A DNA stretch of 64,000 nt. Origin: an uncultured Verrucomicrobiae bacterium. Lineage in GTDB: Bacteria > Verrucomicrobiota > Verrucomicrobiia > Chthoniobacterales > UBA10450. The stretch lies in NCBI GenBank assembly GCA_963834385.1, contig CAWIBO010000001.1:64001-128000 (forward strand), given 5' to 3'. Below are positions 62,501 to 64,000 of the stretch, piece by piece; the first letter of the stretch is position 1, and every line of letters begins with the position of its first letter. Below the pieces are notes generated by a model. That model searched no databases and was not told the origin of the DNA. It was given only the letters and a program-made list of their open reading frames with translations. The translations under genes and the position numbers were made by a program.

Positions 62501-63565
62501 GCAGCGCCCCTTGCGCCCGCATGCCTTGCGCGCGGCGCTGATCATTTTCTTCTGCTGTTTCAGCTGCTGCCGGAGCGAGTCAATTCCTGCCTGTTGATGG
62601 GCCGCCTCCGCCAGCATCGCGCTGATCTGGTCGCGCTGATGATCCATCACCTGCTGCGCTTTCGCCCGGTCCCGGCGCAGCGCTTCAAACTGCCGCTGCT
62701 GCTCCTCGATCACGTCCTGCGCCTTCCCCCGGTCCTGCTCCAGGTCGGCAAACCGTTCCTGCAGGCGGGCAAGGGCCGCCGCCTGGTGATCCATCACCTG
62801 CTGCGCTTTCCAGCGATCCTCGAGGATCGAATCCAGCCAGAGCTGTCGCGCCTCCAGGGCCGCCATTCGCCTTTGCACCGCTTCCGCTTCCGCTTCCGCG
62901 GTCAGGCGCGCCGTGATCAGCCGGTAAAGCCCGGCGGTTTCCTTGAGGCGTCCCGGGGTCCCGAAAAGTTTCTCGACCAACCCGGCAGCCGGACTGTCCC
63001 CCGCCGTGACGGTCAACCCCAGTCCGGTGCCGTCGGCCAGGGCCGTGTGCCACCGGTCGCCGCTCCATTCCTCCCAGGCGTCCCGGGGCGCCGGCGTTTC
63101 CCGTTCCAGGCCGATGCCCTGAACGAGGACCAACGCCCCCGGGGAAAGCTTGGGAGCAAACGCCCGAAGTTGAGCGGCCACCTCCGCCCCGGCGTCACAA
63201 TCCTCGATCACGAGAACGTCGATGCCATCTGGCGCGCCCGCCGCTCCGGCGGACGCCTCCACCGCGAACCTGGCCATGGCCCCGTAAAGCTCAAAACCAT
63301 GTTCCCGTCCGAGGCGCCACGCTTCATCGTCGTCCGCTCCCTCCGGTTCTCGCGGGAAGACCAGACATTCGCTCTCGTAGCCCTGCTCTGTTGCTGCCTG
63401 GCACCAGGTGAAAAATGCCTGCCCATCCCCGAACCCGGAAAAAACCACCCGGGCCGGGCGCACCAGGGCAGCCAGGTCGTATTGCAGGGCAAGATGCGCC
63501 GCGCCGGGTCCGCCCTGAAAGTAGCGCGGCCGAAATTTGTGCAGGCTGGGAAGCTCGAAGCGCAT
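59551..63565 (-). CDS. Giant glycosyltransferase: degenerate methyltransferase-like domain + coiled-coil + GT2-GT2-GT4; one apparent frameshift (~61891)
   Basis: Removing one C joins ...ADHDDLL...YSDEDRL to GPDGRRQAPFFKPEWSP, mirroring YTDQDS...PFFKTEWDP in the neighbouring gene. Heptad-rich Q/E/A segment upstream. Confidence 0.85.
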
Positions 63566-63718
63566 GGGAAACAGACCGGGCGGCAGAGCCTACCGGCCAT
63601 TTAAGCTGTCGGCCATTTTTTTAGAGCGCCTCTTCGCCGCTGGCACCGGTCGTTTCGCCCGATTTTAGTCGCCCCGCTCTCCTGTTTCATGCCAAGTCTT
63701 TGGCCGAACCGCCTCGTC

Positions 63719-64000
63719 ATGCATCCCAGTTCGTACGAAAAAATGGCCGCCTTCGCACGGGAACACCTGAACGAATCGCGGTCCCGCGAGCTTCGAATCG
63801 TCGATCTCGGCAGCCGCGATTTCAACGGTTCCTACCGCGCCATTTTCGACCATCCAAGCTGGACTTATGTCGGCGCGGATCTCACCCCGGGTCCAAATGT
63901 GGACCTGGTCCTCTCCGACCCCTATCACTGGCGCGAAATCGCCCCGGCGAGTGTCGATGTTCTGGTCAGCGGCCAGACCTTCGAACACACCGATTTTTTC
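63719..64000 (+). CDS. Class I SAM-dependent methyltransferase, 3'-truncated by the window edge (absent from the ORF track)
   Basis: MHPSSYEKM...IVDLGSRDFNGSYR...YVGADLTPGPNVDLV...DVLVSGQTFEH; open frame to the end of the window. Confidence 0.85.
   Translation, partial: MHPSSYEKMAAFAREHLNESRSRELRIVDLGSRDFNGSYRAIFDHPSWTYVGADLTPGPNVDLVLSDPYHWREIAPASVDVLVSGQTFEHTDFF

Overview
High-GC bacterial chromosomal segment, most likely Verrucomicrobiota (Chthoniobacterales/Spartobacteria-like). This is inferred from the paired 'NISTR' C-terminal domains and the style of the short sigma70 factor, not from a database search. It is gene-dense and mostly housekeeping or envelope related: two sulfotransferases, a PAS/GAF kinase, a NitT/TauT ABC importer, rarA, lhr, pilC, a UbiA-family prenyltransferase, rpiB, cbpA, spy, UDG, pepF, hpt, yajQ, dcp, comM, ino1, a sigma70 factor and pyk. 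I saw no rRNA, tRNA, CRISPR, transposase or phage genes. The most notable loci are: (1) a ~17 kb minus-strand unit in which a sigma54 response regulator and kinase sit upstream of a clear -24/-12 promoter and palindromic enhancer-like sites, followed by two small membrane ORFs, one MFP adaptor, two different ABC ATPases, four tandem duplicated (ADOP-type) permeases and a DUF4097-like protein; (2) an octaheme cytochrome c paired with a small His-motif membrane protein; (3) a secreted L-lectin protein with a duplicated unknown domain; (4) two giant multi-glycosyltransferases, one with a degenerate methyltransferase domain and a coiled-coil. About 11 frameshifts, nearly all single extra bases, break otherwise intact genes and look like long-read consensus errors. 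Most components belong to known families; any novelty lies in the arrangements and the small uncharacterised parts, and is unproven.
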